The notes beneath the pieces were generated by a model. It was given only the letters and a program-made list of their open reading frames with translations, did not search any database and had not been told where the DNA came from. A stretch of 63,020 nt of DNA, counting the filler, from Octopus bimaculoides (Eukaryota): the NCBI RefSeq assembly GCF_001194135.2. It is 4 parts of 4 records of this genome, joined end to end, with 100 filler letters (N's around TTAATTAATTAA, not from the genome) between each part and the next. Parts side by side here need not be neighbours in the genome. Positions count along the whole stretch, not along the records: positions 1 to 29,559 come from NC_068983.1; 3 more parts are not named here. One strand, 5' to 3'. Position 1 is the first letter of the stretch; each line of letters begins with the position of its first letter. Made by a program: the position numbers and the translations under genes. Of the stretch, positions 1-11,912 are shown piece by piece.

Positions 1-429
1 TTAAGAAGACTAAGAGTAAAAGATGTTTTATATGACACATTCTACCAGTGTCCCAAGTTTCAAAGTGTTTCGTTAGTGTTTCGTTAAGAAAATACTGGCG
101 CCCCCGTTTTAAAATAGATCCCCTAAAAAATTGTTTAACTCTCAATAAAACAAAAGAATGAAAAAAGTAATAAACATGAAAACTGAAAAAATTAAACATC
201 TTATTGAATCTAATAACATTCTTATAACAAATCACACCTTCGCTATTGAAAAGGCCAAAAGTCAACAATGTGTTGAAGTATTTAATCAAAAGGATCCAAA
301 CCCTTTTATTCCAATCTCTTGTCGCCACATTAACTCGAGTTTTTAGTGGGGAGATAACCTAAGTTCTTAATGACAATTTTTTAAAGGGGGTGAGGTAACC
401 AAAAAGTACCCCAAAATGTTAAATGTAAC

Positions 430-668
430 CTATTCTACATTATTTACATTATTTACATTCGACGGATATTTGTCCTCATCTTGTTTGTTGTTAATACAAC
501 GTTCCCGCTAATATACCCTCCAGCCTTCATCCGGTGTCTTGGGGAAATTTCGAACCTGGGTTCTCATTCCTATGGTATTTTTCGATGTTATTATTATTAT
601 TATTATCATTATTATTATTATGGTCACTGCTTGGAATCGAACTCGGAATCTTGGGATTAGTAGCCTGC
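430..668 (-). mobile_element. tRNA-headed SINE-like element with Penelope-type hammerhead module (minus copy, lacks A box)
   Basis: Minus strand reads B box GAGTTCGATTCC, then (AAT)n, CATCGAAAAATACC..GGTTCGAAATTTCCCCAAG, a hammerhead-like motif (494-537) and a TGTAAATAA repeat tail. It is the inverted homologue of 672-858. Confidence 0.7.
494..537 (-). ncRNA. Degenerate minimal type-I hammerhead ribozyme motif
   Basis: ACAC-CGGATGA-A-GGCTG-gagggtatat-TAGCG-GGAAC-GTT-GTAT. Hammerhead layout with core mutations. Confidence 0.5.
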
Positions 669-671
669 TAA

Positions 672-858
672 GTGGGCATATGGCGTAGTGGTTAAAAAAA
701 TACCTTAGGTTCGAAATTTCCCCAAGACTCCTGAAGAAGGCTGGAGGGTATATCAGCTGAAATGTGTTAACAACAAACAAGATGAGGACAAAAATCCGTC
801 AAATGTAAATAATGTAAATAATGTACATAATTGCTCATCTCTTAAATATAGAACTGTA
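672..858 (+). mobile_element. Second, inverted, internally deleted copy of the same element (A box retained, B box lost)
   Basis: TGGCGTAGTGG A-box-like motif joins directly to AAAAATACCTTAGG-TTCGAAATTTCCCCAAG. The next ~120 bp are the reverse complement of ~435-557. Confidence 0.7.
727..768 (+). ncRNA. Degenerate minimal type-I hammerhead ribozyme motif
   Basis: ACTC-CTGAAGA-A-GGCTG-gagggtatat-CAGCT-GAAA-TGTGTT. CUGANGA and GAAA boxes are intact; stem III and the cleavage site are damaged. Confidence 0.5.
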
Positions 859-879
859 CTTTATTTCAGTTTATATAGT

Positions 880-1075
880 TGTTTTTCTCATTAGACTGCG
901 GCCATGCTGGGGCACCGCCTGGAAGGGTTTTAGTTGAAGTAATCGATCCCAGTACTAATTCGTTTTTGTAATGCTAGGATCTTATATTATCGATTCCTTT
1001 GCCGAAAACTTAAGTTACGGGGACGGAAATATACTAACACCGGTTGTCAAACGGTGGTGGAGGAACAGACATAGA
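880..1075 (-). mobile_element. SINE family A, 3' half
   Basis: GACTGCGGCCATGCTGGGGCACCGCC...AAGTTACGGGGAC...CCGGTTGTCAA matches the 3' half of the copy at 34870-35270. Confidence 0.8.
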
Positions 1076-1347
1076 GGGAAAGACGCGAACACGCACGCGC
1101 ACACTCACACACATAAACATGCACACACACAGAAACATGCACGCGCATACACTTACACATAAAACATAAAAGCTACATAGATCAAAAGAACTCGGTCATA
1201 TGTGACTGAGATGAAAACATTCCCACTGAACGGGAGCCCGCTGCGTTGCAGGGTTCAGCAATTATAAGGGAGAGGAGGCAGGTCGATTAGATTAACCCCT
1301 GTATTTCACTGACAGCTTATTTTATCGATCCTATGGGGATGATGTCG

Positions 1348-1656
1348 AGCTTACGATCGTGAGGTTGTGAGTTCGAATCTCGGACCGGGCTGTGTGTTGT
1401 GTTCTTGAGCAAGACACTTTATTTCACGTTGCTCCAGTTCACTCAGTTGTAGAAATGAGTTGCGACGGCACAGGTGCCAAGCTGTTTCGGCTTTTGCCTT
1501 TCCCTTGCGTAACACTGGTATGCGAAAAAACCGGTATGCGAAAAACCGGTATGCATGGGCGACAGCTGGTCTTCCATAAAACAACCTTGCCTGGACTTGT
1601 GCCTGGGAGGGTAACTTTCTGGGTGCAATCCCATGGTCAGTCATGACCGAAGGGGG
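1348..1656 (+). mobile_element. tRNA-derived SINE family C (head H1 + CORE-like segment + body 1)
   Basis: B box GAGTTCGAATC, then GTGTTCTTGAGCAAGACACTTTATTTCACGTTGCTCCAG. The body is homologous to 52579-52848. Confidence 0.8.
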
Positions 1657-2305
1657 TTTCAGCATGGGGATAAAAGTGCATGTGTGCTGGGACCACATAT
1701 GAGCTTGTATTCCTATAGAACCTCCGAGCATGACCTCTACACCTCAGCAACGAATGAACACTACGGCTACCGCATCCGCGCTATCCGACGCATTTGCTCT
1801 CTCAGTGGGGCATTTGTCAAACTTGCAAGATAAACGTTGAATGTGATAAGCATTTGTGGGGATCAATATACTGGATCTGAACTCCAAAAGTAAAGAACCG
1901 GAAGAAATGTCGCTGAGCATCTTGTCCAACGTGCTAACGATTCTACCAGCTCACCGCTAATTGTTGCTACCCGTACCATGGTAAATACAGAACTACAAGA
2001 TCATGAAAAACCACTGTGGTGGGCCCTGCACTTGGTGGTTTAAACACCTGCTTATTTTCCCTGACTTGGATACTATCTTGCTTTTGAGATAAACTTGTAA
2101 AATTTTCTGAAATATTTCTACAACATACCGCAGGGATGAATATTGATATATTTGTTTACACCGAATGGAGGTTTATCGCTAAGTATAGTATACTTGTTAA
2201 CATATCTTAACAAGTAACACATTGCTTCAATTGATATACACACACACACACACGCACGCACACACACACACACACACACACNNNNNNNNNNNNNNNNNNN
2301 NNNNN

Positions 2306-2346
<41 letters not shown>

Positions 2347-4246
2347 TAAAATGCAGAAAGCTCATAATGTATTTTATGCGTTATAAAACAGATATGCATT
2401 TCAGCAAACTACCGCTTGGCTCACATAATTACTTGTTAAAGCATTATATAAACTTGATAATTCAACTTGTCAGTGTACCGCACTGGTTACAGGGAGGGAG
2501 TATGGGGCCTACTACTGAATTCGAACTTTGTTTATTTGTCCTTTACAGCGCTCTCTCTCACGCGCACACGCACACACACACACAAAGATACATACATATA
2601 TACATATATACATATATACATACATACATGTACGCCACATATTTGCGTCAGTATTAGTATGTATGTGAGAGAGACCAATTCGCTGAGTTGTTAAAGTTTT
2701 GAATAGACGACTTTGCGATATTTGTCCCTACTCTCCCTACTTTGTGTGAAAATTCCATTGAGGGCGAGACAATACTGCCTTTCCTACATCCAACGTCGGT
2801 AATAAAAGTACCAGTCAGTGTCGGCAGATTAGTGCAATCGTTGTTAGAGCTCCAGACTTACATTGCCCTATTGAAATCCATTGACATGTCAGCCGAACGG
2901 ATTTTGATTCTCTGGAAAAGCTGCATACTAAGCGACCATAACACCACCGGACACCAAAAAAGAAAGGAATTATTCAGGTCTTCGAACTTCTGAAAAGCCG
3001 TTTTACAACTTAATATCCACTCAGTCATATCGATGATAAAAGAAAATTCATCATTTTTGTTACTATTCGCTTGGAACACATGGACCAAGGACTGACATGT
3101 CCACCAAAAGCATGAAACATCACTAATAGACACACACCACACTTTAACTGTTCACGGAACTGAAGGCTTTGCTTAACTGAGAAGATCCAGAACCTAAAAG
3201 AATCTCTGACAGCATTTAATCGGTGTTCAGAGATATTGTCCAGCTGTCTACACTAGAGAGAACTCTTCTTAAAAAGTTCATAAACATCGGTTTTAATCAA
3301 TTCGAGGCTGCCTCTTGGAGTAATTGTCCTTGACAAGCAATAACTATAAACTGAGTTGCTTTCCCCTCGCATCACAAGAACGCAGAAAGCTATGTAATCA
3401 TCTTCAATTAATAATCATACAGATTTTTTGCATTTATTCGTAATGTAGTTTGACATGTCAAACACATATACAGATAGTAATTCATGTATTGATGTATTGC
3501 TTGCACTGCTTTCTTTTCGAGAACATAAACGCGTGTGTATGTATGTATGTATGTATGTATGTATGTATGTATGTATGTGCAGATTTGTATGTTTCATGTA
3601 TGTATTCTCATGCATATAGCTACTTATCTAGACATGATCATATATATTTAAATGATAAATTTATTGAAACTTTTACAGATCTTTTACAGATCTAGTGATG
3701 AATTGGATCTGTAGTCTTCGAATTAGCCTTCTTGTTTCTGGTTTCGAGAAGCCTAATTTCTCAAGATTGCTATTTAGGCAGTGTGTTACATACCTCAGAG
3801 CCACAATAATTACAGGTATAAACCTAAACTTGTAATCTGGATAGAGTAACTGCAGGGTTCAACAATGCACCAATATTTATTGGAAATAGGAGCCGATAAT
3901 ATACGACGCTATAGTAAAGCTTCACAGATAACAGCACGGAGGAAAGTGTCACAGAGGGAAGGAGAGTGAGAGAGAGAGGGAGAGAGAGACAGACAGAGAT
4001 AGAGAGAGAGGGGGGATGGAAGGGAGTGAAAGGAAGAGAAATAAATAAACGTCGCATGAAACTATAAATCCACTTACATACATATGTGTATACGAACATA
4101 CATAAGCATTTACACATACATTATACATACAATATATATATATAACATATATATTTGATATATGTATGATATATATATGTATATATATATATATATATAA
4201 GTATATAATTAATATAGATGTATCATATATATATACATATATATAT

Positions 4247-4481
4247 CATCATCATCATCATCATCATCGTTTAACGTCCGCTTTCCATGCTAGCATGGGT
4301 TGGACAATTTGACTGAGGACTGGTGAAACCGGATGGCAACACCAGGCTCCAATCTAATTTGGCTGAGTTTCTACAGCTGGATGCCCTTCCTAACGCCAAC
4401 CACTCAGAGAGTGTAGTGGGTGCTTTTACGTGTCACCCGCACGAGGGCCAGTCAGGCGGTACTGGCAACGGCCACAGTCGA
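4247..4481 (-). mobile_element. SINE/LINE 3' end (family E) with (ATG)n tail
   Basis: Minus strand ends CCAACCCATGCTAGCATGGAAAGCGGACGTTAAACGATGATGATG and contains GGTTGGCGTTAGGAAGGGCATCCAGC. It runs into an N gap. Confidence 0.65.
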
Positions 4482-5399
4482 NNNNNNNNNNNNNNNNNNN
4501 NNNNNNNNNNNNNNNNNNNNNNNNNNNNNNNNNNNNNNNNNNNNNNNNNNNNNNNNNNNNNNNNNNNNNNNNNNNNNNNNNNNNNNNNNNNNNNNNNNNN
4601 NNNNNNNNNNNNNNNNNNNNNNNNNNNNNNNNNNNNNNNNNNNNNNNNNNNNNNNNNNNNNNNNNNNNNNNNNNNNNNNNNNNNNNNNNNNNNNNNNNNN
4701 NNNNNNNNNNNNNNNNNNNNNNNNNNNNNNNNNNNNNNNNNNNNNNNNNNNNNNNNNNNNNNNNNNNNNNNNNNNNNNNNNNNNNNNNNNNNNNNNNNNN
4801 NNNNNNNNNNNNNNNNNNNNNNNNNNNNNNNNNNNNNNNNNNNNNNNNNNNNNNNTATATATATATATATATAATACATGTTATGTACATGTATAATAAT
4901 ACATGTGTATGTCTATGTGTGTGAATATGTGCGGACATGTGCCTGTATATATGTGTGTGGCTGTATATATAATACTTCTGGTTTCTTTGGAAACAATTTT
5001 CTGTTGGGAATAAGGGTAATGATGAATATGATGAAATTAGAAGTGTCCCATTAACCTGTCGCTCCATCTGGTAAATCCTACGTGAATAGAATATAAATTC
5101 CGTTTGTCAGATAAAGTCATGCATCATAGAATAATTAACTAATTGAATCTTTGAAAACAAGTCCAACAGTCAACGTGGCTCTAGGTGTCCGGTCTCTGTC
5201 TTTGTGTTCGGTGTAGCTCAGGTTTTTCTCTGAGCTTGCGCATGTGTGTGTGTATGTTTGTGCGTATGTATACGTTTGTGTGTATGTTCGTGTGTGTGTA
5301 TATATATGTGTGTTCATACTTATACATACATACGTACGTACATGCATGCATACATACATACGTACGTACATGCATACATACATACATACATACATAAAG

Positions 5400-5711
5400 G
5401 GGCATTCGGTCGGTTACGACGACGAGGATCCCAGCTGATATGATCAACGGAACAGCCTGCTCGTGAAATAAACGTACAAGTGGCTGAACACTCCACAGAC
5501 ACGTGTACTCTTAACGTAGTTCTCAGGGAAATTCAAGGAGATTCAAGGCCGGCCCTTTGAAATACAGGTACTACTCATTTTTGCCAGCTGAGTGGACTGG
5601 AGCAACGTGAAATAAAGTATCTTGCTCAAGGACACAACGTATCGCCAGGAATTGAACTCACGACCTTACGATCGTAAGCCGGATACCCTAACCACTAAGC
5701 CACGTGCCTTC
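5400..5711 (-). mobile_element. tRNA-derived SINE (head H1 + CORE-like segment + body 2)
   Basis: Minus: GAAGGCACGTGGCTTAGTGGTTAGGG (A box), GAGTTCAATTCC (B box), and a body ending GTAACCGACCGAATGCC. Homologous to 57126-57440. Confidence 0.85.
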
Positions 5712-6394
5712 ACATACATACATACATACATACATACATACTCAAGACACTTTTAGTTTCATACCCAACAGGATACATACCAACTCATCTGGAGCAAAGT
5801 ATGGCTGAACTTGGGATTTTGGGGAGAGAACAGTCAAAGAACTTAACATAAATGATTTTTGCGAGAGGGCGTAGGAAAATAATTTATAATAGAGATAATG
5901 GATCGAGGCTGTCAAAAACTGAGAACAAGACCCGTTATTTAACCATGAGACTGGTAAACAGAAACCATACTCTAAGCCATTATTATCGTGTTTTTGACTT
6001 TTTTTTCCATGCAAGGTTTCGATCGGCCCAGTTTCATTCATGTTCGAGTCTCTTATTTCAAGTTCCGTATATTTCACAATTCTCTTAGTTTATTTGAACT
6101 CAGCATATTGTTTTCTAACACACATCTTTCAACATTCTTAACCACTGTAACATCTACAAGATGCTACATGTTACATGTAGATTCATGCCTTCTGCTTTCC
6201 CTTTTTAAAGAAAGAACATGTGAATTAAGTCCAATTTGTTATTAGGCCACATCTATTTTTCTTTTTTACACTTGCGAAACCAAATAAATTTCATTGGATG
6301 TCTTGGACTGAATTTATAGCTTCCATCAATGAGCCACAAACGAATCCAGAGACACAGTATTTGGTAACACAACAGTGCTATTATTATGTTGTAT

Positions 6395-6530
6395 GAAGGC
6401 GGTGAGCTAGCAGAATCGTTACTTCAAATGCTGCCGAGGTCGATTTTGCCATTCATCTTTTCGGCGTCGACAGAATCGACTAACACCTTCCCTGAAATGT
6501 CTGGCCTTGTGTCAAAATTTGAAACTATTA
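6395..6530 (+). mobile_element. SINE family D, internally deleted
   Basis: GGCGGTGAGCTAGCAGAATCGTTA...CCGAGGTCGATTTTGCCATTCATCTTTTCGG...GGCCTTGTG is shared with 39731-39970. Confidence 0.7.
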
Positions 6531-7370
6531 GTATACTGCATGAACAGCCTCTCCAGCTCGTGACATAAAATGCAATGTAAACCAAACATCTTATCACTGC
6601 GTTATATATGCTAACATCGATACACAATCTTCTTCAGATGGTTGTACACAGAATTTCAAAGAAAAAAAATCAGGAAGCAATAAATATTAATATATAGACA
6701 AATAAAGCAAATTGCGAAGGCATGGTGTATGCTACCGATGATTACACGGGTTAGAGACTAATGGCAATGGTTTATGTACAGCATTTTGCAACGGAGTCGG
6801 ACATAAAAGCCAAAGCAAACGAAAGCGCGTGATTTAGTGTTTAGGGTATTCCACTCAAGATCATAAGGTCGTCAGTTCGATTCTCGGCGGTTGCTTTGGA
6901 CCGCATAAACATTGTTATGGACCGTTGCAAGTCCATTTGGACTGCATAGGACTATACTGATCTAGGTATAAAACGTGAATATATTCTGCTGTAAAGATAA
7001 ACCGTCAAGAAGAGCAGATGAACCGTATTAAAGTTTATACAGGATGCAGAGGATCATTTGTGTTACACGTTAACTGCTCTGATACACTCAATACACTCGA
7101 TACACTTTGCTGTTGCCTGACAATATGGAAAGCAAGAAGCGATAGAAATGATATAGGAACAAATGAAATCTGTAAAGAGAGTAAACATCTTTTTCGAGAA
7201 ATGCCAGAGGGCCAAACTGCTGGCCTCTGTAACACGTGCCAGCATCGATAAACGGACATTAAAATGATACACCTGCTGCTGCTGATGATGGAGATGATGA
7301 TTATGATGATTATGATGATAGTTGGAGTGTGTGTGCTTGTGTGTGATTCTGTAGATATATATGCATATAC

Positions 7371-7425
<55 letters not shown>

Positions 7426-7544
7426 NNNNNNNNNNNNNNNNNNNNNNNNNNNNNNNNNNNNNNNNNNNNNNNNNNNNNNNNNNNNNNNNNNNNNNNNNNN
7501 NNNNNNNNNNNNNNNNNNNNNNNNNNNNNNNNNNNNNNNNNNNN

Positions 7545-7592
<48 letters not shown>

Positions 7593-7639
7593 CATACATA
7601 CACCAACATAAATATAAACATACGAAAACGCATGCGTGT

Positions 7640-7787
7640 TTTTCTCCTTGTCTCCGTATTCTTTCTGTTGAAGAGCGTAGCTCGAAACGTCAAAGACTTT
7701 CCGTATTCCCGAGCGTCATACTAATACATCCTTTTGTTATTTACACCACCTGTCCTCGTCTGTTGTTGTTTTTTCGTACATTCTCCC

Positions 7788-7788
<1 letters not shown>
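7640..7788 (+). mobile_element. Solo Penelope-like terminal-repeat module with hammerhead-like motif (7660-7696)
   Basis: TCTTT-CTGTTGA-A-GAGC-gta-GCTC-GAAAC-GTC-AAAGA followed by CTAATACATC..ACACCACCTGTC. Homologous to 9705-9840 and 27680-27836. Confidence 0.6.
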
Positions 7789-7818
<30 letters not shown>

Positions 7819-8608
7819 CACACGCACATACATACATACATATATACATACATACATACATACGGGTGTGAGAAAAAAAGTGAAGGAGTGAATTAAACAT
7901 TAGTCTTTTACATAAGTAAAAACAACACCGTAAGTTAACAAAATTAAGTATAATTGATCACCACCTCAAATATAGATTCTAACATTTTGAAAACATTTCT
8001 ACTGACAATGACTTCGAAGTTCCATTGATATTACGGCTTATTCAAACACACTACATACATCAACAGTATATTGCAAGGGTTACAGCAGCGTGTATAGACA
8101 GTGGGCTACAGTGTAAATTTATTCTGGTACACGAGTAAGATAGCATTCCATGTTTTCTTGTTAGTTTCACATCAGTATATTTAGACAACACTCTTCACTG
8201 GTTTACTGATGTCGCCTAAAGTAAGACGTGCTGTTGTGGTTGATAGCAGCGCCCTCTGCCAGCGAACACTGTTATTAGACACGCAGAAGTCTTGAAATAC
8301 CAACACAGATCCCTAGAAACGGGCACACAAGAATAAATATGCTAAAAAGACACGGTTTGACTAATCCAGTAGCGTGATCTCCCTTTCAGATTTCTTTGGA
8401 AGGATAAAAAGCTATTGGGCTGCCAATAATGATAGTCACAGTAAAGGTCAAACCTCGAGAGATGCATTAGATATTAAGATGTGTCGTGAAAATAAAGTGG
8501 TTATTATGGAATGAAGTACAAGAAGTAAGTCGCTATCGATCGACTGATGTAACGGAAGCTATATATATATGCATGTGCGTGCGCAGATTCGTGTGTGCGT
8601 GCACACTG

Positions 8609-8651
<43 letters not shown>

Positions 8652-8712
8652 CACACACAAACATATGTGTGTGTGTATTTATAAAGAGACATAGAATCAG
8701 AGAGACCCACAT

Positions 8713-8752
<40 letters not shown>

Positions 8753-8769
8753 TCATACATACAGACATC

Positions 8770-8839
<70 letters not shown>

Positions 8840-9411
8840 TGTATATGCATAACGTATGTATACAAATATATATATATACACACAACCCAAAGAAACACAC
8901 ACATATACGCACATACGTACACACACGTTCACATACACTCAGACACGCACTCACACGCGCGCACACACAGACACACACTCACCAGTTACTAACGACACAA
9001 CAGTTTATACCGAATGTCGTATCATGTTTCAGAAACCCAGAATCCCAGTTTGTTGGCACTTATCTTTTGTTACCATGGCATTAAGCAGTAAAGTGACAAC
9101 ATCTCTTCATCTCCCTTCAACCACACCACCAGTCTCTTACAACTGATGCTGCCCCTCCTCGTAAAAATAACACTCACTACTGCAAGTTTACAAAACTGTT
9201 GCTAGTATCACAGGGCTGCACCTAATTACAAGGGCCAGGTGTTCCTACCGTGAGTTACCTATCGAAATAGACTTCGGTTTTCATCTGTTCGAAAATGTAT
9301 GTATGTATGTGTATAGATATGTGTAAATATATAAATATATACATGTATATATATCTGCATATACATATATGTGTATATTTATATATTTATGTATATATCT
9401 ATATGTATATG

Positions 9412-9487
<76 letters not shown>

Positions 9488-9489
9488 TG

Positions 9490-9700
9490 TTCTTGTACCC
9501 CACCACTATCGCTTGTCAACCGAATTTGGTGTGTTTACGTCTAAGTAAATAGCGGTTCGGCAAAAGGGATCGATAGAATAAGTGATAGGCTTACAAAGAA
9601 TAAGTTCTGGGCGGGGGCGATTTGTTCAGCCAAAGGCGGTGCTCCACCATGGCCGCAGTCAAATGACTGAAGCAAATAAAAGAATAAACGAATAAAGAAA
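9490..9700 (+). mobile_element. SINE family A, 3' half
   Basis: TAGCGGTTCGGCAAAAG..GCTTACAAAGAATAAG..GGCGGTGCTCCACCATGGCCGCAGTCAAATGACTGAA. Confidence 0.85.
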
Positions 9701-9704
9701 GAAT

Positions 9705-9840
9705 GTATCCCTTCTGTTGAAGAGCGTAGGTTCGAAACGTCAAAGACTTTTCCTTCCATTCTTCCTAAGCGTTAAACTAATACACCTGCCTGCTGTTCTT
9801 ACACCTATCTTCGTCTTTTTTGTTTCCTGTACATTTGAAC
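9705..9840 (+). mobile_element. Solo Penelope-like module with hammerhead-like motif
   Basis: CTT-CTGTTGA-A-GAGC-gtag-GTTC-GAAAC-GTC-AAAG, ending at a (TG)n tract. Confidence 0.6.
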
Positions 9841-9914
9841 TATGTGTGTGTGTGTGTGTGTGTGTGTGTCTTTTGCCATGTACTTTTATTTGTTTCTGTC
9901 AATTGACAATAGCA

Positions 9915-10480
9915 GTGGTGGTGGTCGTGGTGGTGGTGGTATTGGTGATGGTGGTGTTGGCTGTGGTGATAGTGGTAGTGGTGGTGTTGGTGGTGGTGGT
10001 GGTTGTGGTGATAGTGGTGATAGTGTTGATGGTGGTGGTGGTGTGTTGAAGTTTGCGGTGATGCTTATCATGATGATAGTGGTCGTAATGATGATGATGA
10101 TGATGATGATGATGATGGTGATGACGATGGTGATGATGACGATGGTGATGATGCTGATATTGGTGGTGATGGTGTTACTGGTGATACTGGGAGTGATGGT
10201 GGTGGTAGTGGTAGTGGTGGTGGTGGTGGTGGTGGTGGTGGTGGTGTGATGAAGTTTACCATGACGTTTATCATGATGACAGAGATCGTAATGATTTACG
10301 GCGATGATGTGATGTTGGTGATGCTGACGACGACGGCGACGACTACGGCGATGTTGAGAATCACTGAACCAAACCCAGATCCTGATCAAAATCTCAGCCC
10401 ACCGTTGGGAATTACAAATCGATATCGATGTCTCCTCCATATTTATTGTCGTCGTCGTCGTCGTCATCACCATCATTATC
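9915..10480. repeat. Compound (GGT)n/(GAT)n trinucleotide array
   Basis: Long imperfect trinucleotide runs that produce the poly-V/M/G/T/P ORFs. Confidence 0.9.
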
Positions 10481-10691
10481 ACTACTGTGTTTTGTTTTTA
10501 TTTTCCTTTTATTATTAACCTTCCTTACATTTGACATTTAAGACTCAGTTTGTAATTACTGATGGAATAATCATGTCATTGACCAAAATATCAAATATCA
10601 ATGGAACAAGAAGTGTGTGGAGAGATTGGTTGTTGTGGCAATAATGTTTGTTGTAAGTGAATTTGCCTGAATGATAATTCATGAGTTATAG

Positions 10692-11010
10692 TGGCACTCC
10701 GTCGGTTACGACGACCAGGGTTCCAGTTGATCTGATCAACGGAACAGCCTGCTCGTAAAATTAACGTGCAAGTGGCTGAGCATTCTACAGACACGTGTAC
10801 GCTTAACGTAGTTCTCGAGGGAGATTCAGCGTGACACAGTGTGTGACAAAGCTGGCCCTTTTGAAATACAGGTACAACAGAAACAGGAAGAAAGAATGAG
10901 AGAAAGTTGTGGTGAAAAAGTACAGCAGGGTTCGCCACTAGCCCCTGCCGAAGCTTCGTGGAGCTTTCGGTGTTTTCGCTCAATAAACACTTACAACGCC
11001 CGGTCTGGGA
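10692..11010 (-). mobile_element. SINE family B (head H2 + body 2), 5' truncated
   Basis: Reverse complement of the 35912-36275 copy. Confidence 0.85.
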
Positions 11011-11058
11011 CACTTAGCACCCTCTGACACTTTCGTGATCTCTATAAATTTAATTTGT

Positions 11059-11099
<41 letters not shown>

Positions 11100-11269
11100 A
11101 GAGAGAGAGGGGGAGGGGGAGAGATAGAAAGAGAGATAGAGAGATAGAGAGAGATAGAAAGAGAGAGAGAGAGATAGAAAGAGAGAGAGAGAGATAGAAA
11201 GAGAGAGAGAGAGAGAAACAGACAAACAGACAGAAGAAAAAGCAAATATGAAGACGAAAAAACAAGAAA

Positions 11270-11292
11270 GCAAATAATGATGATGATGATGG

Positions 11293-11344
<52 letters not shown>

Positions 11345-11565
11345 GGCGCAATGACGACGAGGATGACGACGATGATGTTGTTGATGATGTTGATGATGAT
11401 GATGACGACGACGAATATGAGGTGGAAGAAGAGAAAGAAGAGATGACGATGATGATGATGATGATGATGACGGCAATGACGACGCTACTGCTGTTGATAA
11501 TGGTAATAATGACTACAACGACGACGACGACGACGACGATGATGACGACGATGATGACGAAATCT
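11270..11565. repeat. (GAT/GAC)n trinucleotide array
   Basis: Direct inspection. Confidence 0.9.
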
Positions 11566-11912
11566 GCAGACGAAACTGATAAGAATCGCCCGTTAACTCC
11601 GCTCCTCATTTAGAATTGTTTGAATAACTGCAATAAAAACGTCCTCAGTCGACCACCGAGGACCTTTGATCTGCATAATAGTTTCATAGTATCTCATTGA
11701 TTTATTCTGGCTGAGAGGTTTGTTTGTTTGATTGTTTGGTAAAGTGTATTTGTGTATTTCGTTTTGTTTTATTGAAACTTTCAGTTGCAAGTAAGATAAG
11801 ATTCACTTGAAAGTTTATTAATGAAACATTTTCAGAGAAAAGAAACAAATTAAAAAAAAAAACAAAACAAGAAATGGAAATTTTTCAATCAAACTGTCTC
11901 TCTCTTTCTCAG

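Noticed and set aside
7861-8470. Possible Tc1/mariner remnant starting TACGGGTG
   Set aside because: I found no partner TIR and could not read a convincing catalytic motif.
9886-11613. Apparent His/Thr/Ser-rich or transmembrane-like proteins
   Set aside because: They arise in several frames and on both strands from trinucleotide arrays, with no unique domain or splice context.
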